Below, in pieces: positions 27,888-39,552 of a stretch of 64,000 nt of DNA (positions are counted from its first letter, which is position 1; every line of letters starts with the position of its first letter). A program made the translations under genes and the position numbers. A model generated the notes under the pieces. The model ran no database searches. It was not told where the DNA came from and saw only the letters and a list, made by a program, of their open reading frames with translations. Source of the stretch: Octopus bimaculoides (lineage: Eukaryota); contig NC_068990.1 in NCBI RefSeq assembly GCF_001194135.2, forward strand, positions 40,655,070 through 40,719,069. Direction: 5' to 3'.

Positions 27888-28220
27888 AACGCTTAGTTTT
27901 AGAATGGTGGCAGCTGATGAAGGAAATGTTCTATGTGGCCTGTGTGTTTTCTGTACTCTGTTTATGGCCTGTTTTTCATTTTGTCCACGTTTTTTGTGAC
28001 GTCCTGTACCCAGATATGCATCTATATATACATGTATATATAACATCGTGGGCATCGGTGCCGATTTTTTCTTCCTCCGTTTTTGCATTCTTTGAACCTT
28101 CCTTCTTTCCGACGAAGGGCTCCGCCCGAAACGTCATACTCTCTCTCTCTTTCCTTTCCCGAGCGTCTAATAACACTATCCGTATCACGTCCTCACCTTG
28201 TTGTTTTTTGTCTTTTTTTG
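27885..28220 (+). repeat. Interspersed repeat with hammerhead-like motifs (probable PLE pLTR/retrozyme-like); related copy at ~60590-60745
   Basis: CGAAACG...CTGATGAAGG (27914)...GTGACGTCCTGTACCCA...CCGACGA-AGGGC-TCC-GCCC-GAAACGTC (28109-28135). CTGACGAAGG and GTGACGTCCTGTACCCA recur at 60645 and 60714. Confidence 0.5.
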
Positions 28221-28590
28221 AACTTATATATATATATATGTATGTACGCGTGCGTGCGTGCGTGCGTGTGTGTATGTATATATGTATGTATGTAATTATA
28301 TGTATATGTATGTATATGAATAGTGGCGTATAAATTTTCGCGATATATATTAAAACAAGTTTCGATCAAGCATCTTTTGCCATCGCTGCGCTCTGCCTGG
28401 AAGAAATTTATTAAAATGTTTAGCAACTTATTAAAATTTACCTATTATGTTTGTCAACATGACGTAGCAAGCTACAAAGTTACCCAATTTTTCCAGCATA
28501 TTTTAACAAACATTAAGAGTTTACCATCAAATTCAAATCAAAATTGTTATCGATGCTATCACACAAAACACACACACACACACACACACG

Positions 28591-28624
<34 letters not shown>

Positions 28625-29094
28625 ATCTCTCTCTCACACACACACACATACACACATACACACTCATGCATACATATACATGCACATACAGTAAGAGAGA
28701 GAGAGAGTGGGGGGGGAGACATTCTCTGCGTTACGTCTCCCGCAGGTTGCAGAATTTTGCGTTTACAGGAAATCTAAACCATGACCATTAACTTTGAAAA
28801 TACGTTATGCAATTTGGATCTTGACGGAAACTGGGATGAATTTTAAGAATTTAAAAACTAAACTACACTTTCTTTTGAACCAGAGCGAGATGAGATCAAA
28901 TTATCTAACAATTCGAAAATGTGCGTATGTGGATGCGAGTGCAAGTAAGCAGACATTTGTGTATGTGTTACTGTAAACACAGCTTGAAGCAGATTTCACT
29001 GTAAATATTTGCTTACATTTTCTTGGGTCACGATGAGTATGTATGTATGTATGTATGTATGTATGTATGTATGTATGAATGTATGTATGTATGA

Positions 29095-29350
29095 ATGTGT
29101 GAGAAGGTGAATGACAAGGACCTTTTTGTGTGCACAGTCTGTGACAGACCATGTCTGTCCTTGGCTGGCCTCAAATCTCACCTGCGAACCCATGGAAAAC
29201 AAACCTCACCCAGCTATTCTGATTATATGTCTGTGCACACGTTTGAATGTGGTGTGTGCCAGAGGGTTTGCAAATCCAATGGGGGTCTTAAAAGACATGT
29301 TAGGATCCACAATGAGCAGAACTTAATTGCAGGTATTGGTAGTGCAAATC
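29095..29350 (+). other. Open frame with two C2H2 zinc fingers, probably the C-terminus of an RTE-type LINE ORF (runs into gap)
   Basis: CTVCDRPCLSLAGLKSHLRTH and CGVCQRVCKSNGGLKRHVRIH are both C-x2-C-x12-H-x3-H. There is no TGEKP linker, and (TATG)n lies before the frame and after the gap. Confidence 0.6.
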
Positions 29351-29615
29351 NNNNNNNNNNNNNNNNNNNNNNNNNNNNNNNNNNNNNNNNNNNNNNNNNN
29401 NNNNNNNNNNNNNNNNNNNNNNNNNNNNNNNNNNNNNNNNNNNNNNNNNNNNNNNNNNNNNNNNNNNNNNNNNNNNNNNNNNNNNNNNNNNNNNNNNNNN
29501 NNNNNNNNNNNNNNNNNNNNNNNNNNNNNNNNNNNNNNNNNNNNNNNNNNNNNNNATGTATGTATGTATGTATGTATGTATGTATGTATGTATGAATGTA
29601 TGTATGTATGAATGT

Positions 29616-30627
29616 ATTTTTGTCATTATTCAGTTTTATTTCAAGATTTCTGGCCAATAAAAAAAGTGCCGATTTCTAACCTAGATCCAAGGCTCTTTCA
29701 TTGGAATTTCAACATCAACGGAGTATCTTTGTTTGTATGTATGTATGTATGTGTGTATGTATGTATGTATGTATCAATTTGTGTGTGTGTGTGCGTGTAC
29801 GAGTGTGTGCAGAGTTGTATGTTTTGTTTTATGTATGTATGTATGTATGTACGTATGTATGTATTCTCAAGCATATAGTTGCATATCTAGACATGCTCAT
29901 ATATATTTAAATGATAAACTTCTGGAAAGTTTTACAGTTTTACAGCTCAAGTGATGGATTAGATCTGTAGTCCTCGAATTAAATTTCTTTTTGGTATTTA
30001 GGCAGTGTGTTACAAATCCCAGGGCCCCAATAATTACAAGTATAAACCTGAACTTGTATTCTCGATAATTCAGCGTCGGCATTCTTTTTTTCATGGATCT
30101 TCAAGCTTATGTTAACATCCGTTGGGCAATTTCCACAACTGTACACAACTTCTCTTCTCTATTTGAAATAATTATATCAGGTCGGTTGTGCTTACGTTTT
30201 ATTGAGATCTTCACTGGGACATTCCACCACCACTCCTTTTTATTATGAGTGGCTATGGCTTCTACCATATTGTGGGTTCTTATTTCTTTGTCCTCGGGAT
30301 TATCCTTCGGACAGATTTCATTATAGAGTGTCCCAGCTACAACATCAAGTCTCACTGGTAGGTGAACTGTGATAACATTTTCGGACAACTGCTTATGATG
30401 TGGTGTTATCTTCGGTGTTAACTTCACAAAGTCTGCATCGGTTGTTACATTTTACTGCTTTTCCTGCATCTCTATCCCTTTTGTGCATCTGGTATTTGGT
30501 TGATATTTCCTATTCCTGGATTGCAAAGCATACTCTTCCTAGTAATCCGGTTATTGGTCCATGATAGACTGCTTTGCTGATCAATGTTACTATCATCTCG
30601 GAGCTTTCTACTAACATATCCAGACAT
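29616..30627 (-). mobile_element. 5'-truncated R4/Dong-clade (RLE) LINE with 3' UTR and (TACA)n tail
   Basis: The minus strand reads AIQE.EISTKY, CNNRCRLCEVNTED..HII..CPK (CCHC knuckle), KEWWWNVPVKISIKRKHNRPDIIISNREEKLCTVVEI (RLE) and LVIIGALGFV. The 3' UTR runs into (TACA)n at 29556-29615. Confidence 0.85.
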
Positions 30628-30838
30628 AGTGCAGATATGCAACTATATACATGAGAATATTTACATAAAACATATAAATCTGCACATACATACATACATA
30701 CATATATACATACATACATACATACATACATACATACATACATGCCCTATTGTTGAAATCACAATGAAATAGCCTTGGATCTAGTTTAGAAACCGATTCT
30801 TTCTCTATTGGCAAGAAATCTTGAAATAAACTGAACAA
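30628..30838 (+). mobile_element. Second, oppositely oriented 3' UTR of the same R4/Dong LINE family
   Basis: GATATGCAACTATA..GAGAAT...(TACA)n...GTTGAAAT..AATGAAA.AGCCTTGGATCTAG.TTAGAAA..G...TATTGGC.AGAAATCTTGAAATAAA.CTGAA is the reverse complement of 29621-29892. Confidence 0.8.
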
Positions 30839-31774
30839 GAGCACCCAGAAAGCGCAAACCTCCGCCAAGACAACACTACCATTCTCTCAACGATTAGCCG
30901 GTGATGATTTTTAAAATGAGAATATCTGAAATAAACTCAACTGCTCTCACAAACGAGAATACTAAAAATGAACTCGACTACTCTCAAGAATTAAGTAAAA
31001 AAAACAGGAAAAATAATCCAGAATCCTTCCGATGAAAAGCCATGCTCGAAGCGTCATTTCCACTCTTATTTTTCTGTCAAAACCTTTTACTGAAGGTCAG
31101 TCTAATGTAGTCACTGTGTACGTTCAACAAACTTTTGTTGTTTATATATGTATATATCAAATAGCAACGGAATTATACATCCTCAAAAGCTTGTTTGTTA
31201 CAGTATCATGTACAATACATTCACGTTAGGTCTCTGTCCGGTACGTGTTTCTACTGTCCGATACGTGTTTCTCTTCTAAGATGTGGTATCTAGTTGCATC
31301 CTCTTGATTCAATTGCATTATAAGTTCGTCCAGAGTATACGTATCCTTTCAGCTCTTTCACTGCGGGTTTTTAAAGGAAACTGAATAGTTCGATGTTTGA
31401 TGGTCTTATTGTAGGTATAATTTCGATAGGGGATATGTTTGCTAAGTGTAGAAGATAACACAAGTTGTTGTGAAATACGATATGACAATAAAGTCTGTTA
31501 TCATCGAAGCCTAGAGTGAGCCTTAAGATTTTAAAGGGAATAGAATGAAAATAGTCTTAATAGTCAGAGAGGTTCTAACTAGGTCAAGATATGTTTCGTC
31601 CACAACCCACTTAAGAGAGTTAGAAAGAATTTTCAGGATAGGCAAATAGATTAAAAGTAATGAAGTGAGTAAGAGCTGAAATGAAAATTTAAAAAGAAAG
31701 CGGTTGGAATTTACACTTAAATTGTTAAAATCTAATTATAGGAAATCTACAATTATTGTCTAGGTAATTTTTTT

Positions 31775-33810
31775 GTATACCCTTTTGGCCTCATCAGGTG
31801 TCTTTGGGGAAATTTCGAACCTGGGTTCTCATTCCTAAGGTATTCCAAGAGCATTCCATACTTGGACATAATAGCCCCTATTGAAGAGATAGCCGTAAAG
31901 ATACCAAAAGCTCAAGGAGATAAACTAAGGTGGAAAGTGAGACAGGTACTAGAAAAAGCGAAACTTCCCAAACCAGACATCACTAAGGAAGAAAAGTTCG
32001 CTATCAAAAGACTACAGAGTGACAATTCCATCATAATAATTCCAGCGGACAACTCGGAAAAATTGGCAAGTCTTATAAGTGATGGTAACTACAGCAAAGT
32101 AAAGAAAGACCCAACTCTGAAAACAGAGAGGAAGTTGTCACAGATCTTGATCAAGAACAAGGATCACTTTACACCAATGAAGTACAGACAACTGATTCAA
32201 CACTACAGTAAACTATCACACATGTACGGTCTCCCTAAGATTCAGAAGGATGGTATTCCATTAAGACTTACAGTGAGCTGTAGAGGTTCAGCATGTCATC
32301 CACTGAGCCGCTTCCTTGTGGATATAATTAGTCCATTAGCAGGAAAATCAATATTGTACGTGAAGAATTCCACCCACTTCACAGAATTGATCAAGGATAC
32401 CCCCATTGAATCCAACCAGATGGTGAGTCTAGATTTGATAAGTCTGTTCACCAAAGTCCCAACTGGTGAAGCACTATCGGTGATTCAAGAGAAACTAATG
32501 ACAGCCACCCATCTATAAGAACGCACTAGTATACCAATAAGAAACTTGACGGAAATGTTGACCTTCAGTGTAGAAACTACCTACTTCAGTATGGACACTG
32601 ATATATATCGACAAGAAGCGGATTTAGCTATGGGTTCGCCATTATCACCGATAATAGCCAATATATACATGGAATACTTTGAGAATTTGACTTTAGGATC
32701 AACACCACTAACACCATCCCTATGGCTGCGATATGTTGATGACACCTTTATACAGTGGCCCCACCAGGAAGATGTCCAATTGCTGTTAGATCATGTGAAC
32801 TCAATAAAGCCATCCATACAGTTCACAATGGAAAGGAAAAAGACAATCAGCTAGCATTCCTGGACGTATTAATAACACGCACCAAGTATGGATTCAGGAC
32901 ATCCGTATGCCGCAAACCGACCTTCATTGGACGATACCACAACTTCAATTCCCACCATCCATAGTGTAAAGAGAGGGATTGCTATGTGCTTAAAACATCG
33001 AGCAAAAAATATAAGTAGCGATCGTGATACCAACCACGAAGAAATGATCAAGCTCAGTAACAATCTATTAAGCAACAACTACCCCCAAACATACTATCCA
33101 CCCCAGGTATGAAGAAAAGAGAGGATGAAGCCAATAAACTGTCCACAGTCTGTTTACCCTATGTGAAAGGCCTCTCCGAAAAGATAAAAAAGATATGCAG
33201 CCCATATGACATCAGGACAGTATTCAAGAGTAATACAACATTTCGCAAAATCTCCTTCGAGTAAAACCACCAATAGAAGAGAATATGACCAAAAACTGCG
33301 TGTAATCCATCCCATACAACTGTGGTAGGTTATTTAAAGGCGAAACATGTCACCCCCTCAAAATAAGGGTAGAGGAAAATTGCAAAGCTATGACACGAGG
33401 AGATATTGATAAGTCGGATATAGCTGATCATGTATGGAAAGATAGAGACTACCTCCCCCTGTGGGATGAAGTTAAAATAATAGACAGAGAACACCACTGG
33501 AAAATACGAAAACTAAAAGAAACAGCACATATGCTTGGACACAACAACCTCCTAAGCAGACCGAGTACAGATATGAATAGCATATGGAAACCGGTATTAA
33601 GGAAGAATAGAAAAATATTAGATTTATAAGCCGTAAAATTCACTCCATAATTGCCTACGGGCTATTAACCCAAAGATTCCGAGTTCGATTCCAGGCAGTA
33701 ACATGAACAACAACAGCAACACCGAGGTTCGAAATTTCCCTAAGACACGTTGTGTTAACAACAAACAAGATGAGGACAAATATCTGTCAAATGTAAATAA
33801 GGTATATAAT
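31775..33810 (+). mobile_element. 5'-truncated Penelope-like retroelement (RT + GIY-YIG), pseudogenized, with 3' pLTR and inverted pLTR piece at the 5' junction
   Basis: ORF pieces at 31862-33629 give MYGLPKIQKDGIPLR, LDLISLFTKVP, LAMGSPLSPIIANIYMEYFE, WLRYVDDTF, FLDVLITR, and CV.SIPYNCGRLFKGETC..LKIRVEE...DKSDIADHVW...WDEVKIIDREHHWKIRKLKE. Confidence 0.93.
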
Positions 33811-33829
33811 GAATATTGATGGTTTGCTG

Positions 33830-34460
33830 TACTGATTGTTGAGCAGCAAATGTTAATAGCTGGTTTAAACTAGGACTTCTGAAAATTCTTGCTCCTGGAA
33901 AATGTGGAAAATGACGGATTCTAGTCATTCAAATGGCAAGAAGGATGACTAGGAAACCAATGCCATCATTACCAGTGTTATTTGCCGTAGTGTGTATCAG
34001 CTGCCAACCTTTGCCTGTTACTAATTCATATCTAATTTTGTGTTCTTGAATGCCAAGGGTTGCAGTGCTAAATCTATCTGCTTCTGCAGTCAATTCAAAG
34101 TACAGGTGTCGAGGGAGTTGTCTAGAATTTAGTCGTTATTGTTGACTCTTGTAACATGCTTTTCGCCAGGTTCGCAAGAGTTATCCCGGTCTGACCGAAA
34201 CCTTGTTAAATGGGGTGACGTCTCAACCGCGATAGAAGTAGTCAGCATGATTTTCATTGGAATTTTCCTGGCTATAGCCTTGGACCGTTTTCACAGTTTT
34301 CCGGCCTAGGTGCAGATGTTTTTACGAAACACCAGCCGTGTGGCTGACCATTGGTTCATAATGAGCTCATCCGTTCTTTGACAGGTTTTGCTTTTAGTCC
34401 TGCAGTGTCCACAATACTTTCCTCACCTGACAAGCTAGGTGGGGCAGCCAGTTTAGTGTC
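33830..34460 (-). mobile_element. Decayed 5' (APE endonuclease) fragment of a LINE
   Basis: The minus strand reads LTAEADRFSTATLGIQEHKIRYELVTGKGWQLIHTTANNTGNDGIGFLV, resembling the (G)IQEH and GVGFL motifs of AP endonuclease. Confidence 0.55.
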
Positions 34461-35383
34461 CAATAAAAAAGATAATATTGGGTTACATAGTACCAGTAGC
34501 AGGATTTTCCTGGCCTGATATGATAGAATGTATGTCTTTGAGAGTGTGTGTATATGTGTACGTGTGTATTACAGATCTTGAATTAATGAAATGCAAAAAT
34601 GACCTCATAGAGAATAATTATTTTACTTTAGTTTGTGTGGTACATTTCTATAATACCTTTAACATGGTGCACTATTGATTTCGCCGGTGCACTACATAAA
34701 GATATATATATATGATATTTGTACATGTTTTTAAATAGATGATAATATACACGTCTGTTTTATACGGCTGAAAGCTATTTTAAGTTAATATACTCAGAGA
34801 AAGCTAGGTTTTAGTATGTTCTATAGGTAAAGCAGTAAAATGTTCTGCTTCAAAGTACAATGAAATATTTAGATATGCCACTGTGAGCGGTAAAGTTTTC
34901 AACCCAGAATCGAATACCGAGGCAGACTTAGCTCAGTGAACACTTACAGCCTGTTCTAAAGTGCATACCATACAATTAATATTTTTCCCGCTTAGACGTA
35001 AAAAAGACAGAAGAAACCCACATACACATACGAATGCACACAAACTCACCGGCATACATGCAGACATATAGGTACGCACGCAAATAAGCACGAGATAAAA
35101 AAAATTTTTTGCACCCGCATGGCCACAGTAAAATCATACATATTTAATATGACGACACACGTCGAATAATCTTTTTTACCTTTGAATACGGTTTGCACAC
35201 GCTCAGTAAAATTGGTGGGTGTGGTCAGTTTGTGTAGGGATCCAAACACACATCTATCTTTTTATTGCATTATGTTTTTCTCTCTAATACATTCTGACTC
35301 TATTCGTAAATCTATCACTTTATATGTGCGTACTTATATATGTATGCGGTCAATATGTACAAACATTCAAATATATGCAGGTG

Positions 35384-35431
<48 letters not shown>

Positions 35432-35852
35432 CAATTGCTCCCTTGATGCAAATCATACATGGTAACCTGCTGAGTACATCTATCGCCTGTGGATATATAC
35501 TGGGTCAGCTTACTTTCTGTAGCAGAATTGACGTTTTGAACAATTACGTATCGCTCTGAAGATTAGTCTGCAAGTTAATTTTTCAGTACACTTGTTCATA
35601 TGGGTGTACATATACATTTACATCTTTTAATTTATATACGTGCGTACGTTGATGTAATATCTATTACATAACTAACAAGATTATGAAGCAGTTGTAAACG
35701 AAGGGAATAAACATCTATTCTGTCACCTCACATCACTTACCTCTTCACTCTCTTTTTCGCTATGCATGTGTGTGTGTGTGGGGGGGATAAATAGATAGAT
35801 GGTTGACTGGCTGGCTGGATGGATGGATGGATAGATGGATGGATTTTTGGTT

Positions 35853-36167
35853 TGGTTGTTGTTGGCACTCCGTCGTTTACGACGTCAAGGGTTCCAGTTG
35901 ATCCGATCAACGGAACAGCCTGCTCGTGAAATTAACGTGCAAGTGGCTGAGCACTCCACAGACACGTGTAACCTTAACGTAGTTCTCGGGGATATTCAGC
36001 GTGACACGGTGTGACAAGGCTGACCCTTTGAATTACAGGCACAACAGAAACAGGAAGTAAGAGAAAGTCGTGGTGGAAGAGTACAGCAGGGTTCGCCACC
36101 ATCCCCTGCCGGAGCCTCGTGGAGCTTTAGGTGTTTTCGCTCAATAAACACTCACAACGCCCGGTCT
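35853..36167 (-). mobile_element. tRNA-derived SINE family A (5' end lost in gap)
   Basis: Reverse complement of family A, from the (CAA)n tail ACGGAGTGCCAACAAC through AGACCGGGCGTTGTGAG. Confidence 0.92.
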
Positions 36168-36559
36168 NNNNNNNNNNNNNNNNNNNNNNNNNNNNNNNNN
36201 NNNNNNNNNNNNNNNNNNNNNNNNNNNNNNNNNNNNNNNNNNNNNNNNNNNNNNNNNNNNNNNNNNNNNNNNNNNNNNNNNNNNNNNNNNNNNNNNNNNN
36301 NNNNNNNNNNNNNNNNNNNNNNNNNNNNNNNNNNNNNNNNNNNNNNNNNNNNNNNNNNNNNNNNNNNNNNNNNNNNNNNNNNNNNNNNNNNNNNNNNNNN
36401 NNNNNNNNNNNNNNNNNNNNNNNNNNNNNNNNNNNNNNNNNNNNNNNNNNNNNNNNNNNNNNNNNNNNNNNNNNNNNNNNNNNNNNNNNNNNNNNNNNNN
36501 NNNNNNNNNNNNNNNNNNNNNNNNNNNNNNNNNNNNNNNNTGTATATATATATGTGTGT

Positions 36560-36950
36560 GGAGGCGCAATGGCCCAGTGGTTAGGGCAGCGGACTCGCGG
36601 TCATAGGATCGCGGTTTCGATTCCCAGACCGGGCGTTGTGAGTGTTTATTGAGCGAAAACACCTAAAGCTCCACGAGGCTCCGACAGGGGATGGTGGCGA
36701 ACCCTGCTGTACTTTTTCACCACAACTTTCTCTCACTCTTACTTCCTGTTTCTGTTGTGCCTGTAATTCAAAGGTTCAGCCTTGTCACACTGTATCACGC
36801 TGAATATCCCCGAGAACTACGTTAAGGGTACACGTGTCTGTGGAGTGCTCAGCCACTTGCATGTTAATTTCACGATCAGGCTGTTCTGTTGATCGGATCA
36901 ACTGGAACCCTCGACGTCGTAATCGACGGAGTGCCAACAACAACAACAAC
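36560..36950 (+). mobile_element. tRNA(Arg-like)-derived SINE family A, full length
   Basis: GGAGGCGCAATGGCCCAGTGGTTAGGG (A box), GGTTTCGATTCCC (B box), conserved body and (CAA)n tail. This is the style of the octopus OR/OK SINEs; the exact family was not checked. Confidence 0.93.
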
Positions 36951-37183
36951 AGTGTATGTATGTATGTATGTATGTATGTATGTATGCATGAATGAATGCT
37001 TACATGCACTAGCGTAGAAGGCGCCTGTAATCCTTATAGTTTTAGCTTCAAGCTCCATTTGTCTTCTTTCACTGATTGTAATTCTCCTTATCTCCTCTCA
37101 CCGTCTTTATTATTCTCACTGGCTCACATGCCTCCTTTGTTCCTTCTCACTTTCTCTCTCTCTATGTATGCATGTATATATGC

Positions 37184-37243
<60 letters not shown>

Positions 37244-37281
37244 ACACATATACATATATATATATATATATGCATACATAT

Positions 37282-37405
<124 letters not shown>

Positions 37406-37443
37406 ACACATATACATATATATATATATATATGCATACATAT

Positions 37444-37516
<73 letters not shown>

Positions 37517-39267
37517 ATAATTCGATAGGTTTTGTCTTCTTCGACGGTATGAATTTATTTGTATTTTCCGATTTGCTGTTACATCTATTTGATAAATATT
37601 TAACAATGAAACTCATTCGGCAAAAGAAAAAAAAGATATCGATGAATTTACATGCGGACAATACACTGGCTTATATCTGTATGGAAAGTGTAATCGTAAA
37701 ATAGCTCAATGTTTCGGTATTGATGATGAAACAATAGAAAGCATTAACGACTGAAAAAAAGATGAGAGGTCGCAGAACATTTTTCAGAGGCAAAGGAGTC
37801 AGTTAAAAAGGTAGTTCTGTTAGAGGGGTTGCATTTTTTGTGGTTATGTTGTCATATTCCGTACTAATAGTATAGAAAGATCTTCGATACGAACAAAGAG
37901 TTACATGAAAGAGCGAATGATCACAAAAGCTAATCCGACTAAAATGTTTAACTAGACTAAAGAGTATTACGAAAACAAATTCGGCCAGATTTTCATTTCT
38001 ATGCAAATGTATGTGTAAAGCAACAAAACTGAAGTATACCGGATGCATTGTTTCCAAGTGACAATTAAAGATGGAGGAAGTGGAGTTAATGAATGGGAAG
38101 CTCATTTTTTATGAAAATCATTTAAGTGGTCCAACAATAATGTCATATATTTGAAAAGGGTCAATTGTTCATCTTTACTAACGTAGGAAATAACAGGGAG
38201 ACCACTCCTTTTCAAGAGATGGAGCCCTATGTTGTACAAGTTCTTTTCGTTTTCGTAGAAAAGAAAGCATGGAATAGAATCTCTGAAATAACTTTCTCAA
38301 AACCGCAGAGCACATAGGGAAACACCTTGATACGTTGCGAGTAAGATCGTCAAAAATTACATCAATTATTGAACAGAAACAATTATTGACCGAAGGGTCA
38401 ATGGATCAATCTGTCAATGATGATATAATCAATCAATGCGCAAACTGGTAAAACTCATGAAATTAGCTAACGGAAACTCACAAAATAGTGAGAAATCTTT
38501 TATTCAGGATAATTTTTCATGAAGTTATAAGGTAAATTAACTTAACGTTATTGTAGGCCACTACATACATACATACATACATACATACATACATACATAC
38601 ATACATACACATACGAATGCACACAAACTCACCGGCATACATGCAGACATATAGGTACGCACGCAAATAAGCACGAGATAAAAAAATTCTTTGCACCCGC
38701 ATGGCCACAGTAAAATCATACATATTTAATATGACGACACACGTCGAATAATCTTTTTTACCTTTTTTACCTTTTTTACCTTTAATTCCCCCTCTGTCCA
38801 CTTCAGGATTCCAGCGTCATACCGATCTATTGCGACTGCGCGCGAGTTTATNNNNNNNNNNNNNNNNNNNNNNNNNNNNNNNNNNNNNNNNNNNNNNNNN
38901 NNNNNNNNNNNNNNNNNNNNNNNNNNNNNNNNNNNNNNNNNNNNNNNNNNNNNNNNNNNNNNNNNNNNNNNNNNNNNNNNNNNNNNNNNNNNNNNNNNNN
39001 NNNNNNNNNNNNNNNNNNNNNNNNNNNNNNNNNNNNNNNNNNNNNNNNNNNNNNNNNNNNNNNNNNNNNNNNNNNNNNNNNNNNNNNNNNNNNNNNNNNN
39101 NNNNNNNNNNNNNNNNNNNNNNNNNNNNNNNNNNNNNNNNNNNNNNNNNNNNNNNNNNNNNNNNNNNNNNNNNNNNNNNNNNNNNNNNNNNNNNNNNNNN
39201 NNNNNNNNNNNNNNNNNNNNNNNNNNNNNNNNNNNNNNNNNNNNNNNNNNNNNNNNNNNNNNNNNNN

Positions 39268-39552
39268 TGGTAGATGGAAACTGAAAGAAGCCCGTCGTAT
39301 ATATGGATATATATGTGTGTGTGTGTGTGTGTGTGCATATATGTTTTGTGTATCTGTGTTTGTCCCCCAACATCGCTTGACAACCGATGCTGGTGTATTT
39401 ACGTCCCCGTAACTTAGCGGTTCGGAAAAAGAGACCGATAGAATAAGTACTAGGCTTACAAAGAATAAGACCTGGGGTCGGCTTGCTCGACTAATGGCGG
39501 TGCTCCAGCATGGCCGCAGTCAAATGACTGAAACAAGTAAAAGAATAAAAGA
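39268..39552 (+). mobile_element. SINE family B, 3' part (5' part in gap)
   Basis: TGGTAGATGGAAACTGAAAGAAGCCCGTCG...(TG)n...GACTGAAACAAGTAAAAGAATAAAAGA. Confidence 0.9.

Noticed and set aside
31250-31700. Possible additional minus-strand GIY-YIG fragment (YVYSGRTYNAIESRG)
   Set aside because: It is too degraded to support by eye.
36560-36630. tRNA genes at SINE heads (also 48326, 59858, 61432, 62804) and at 53469
   Set aside because: A/B boxes are present, but there is no closing acceptor stem and each head runs into a repeat body. These are tRNA-derived TE heads.
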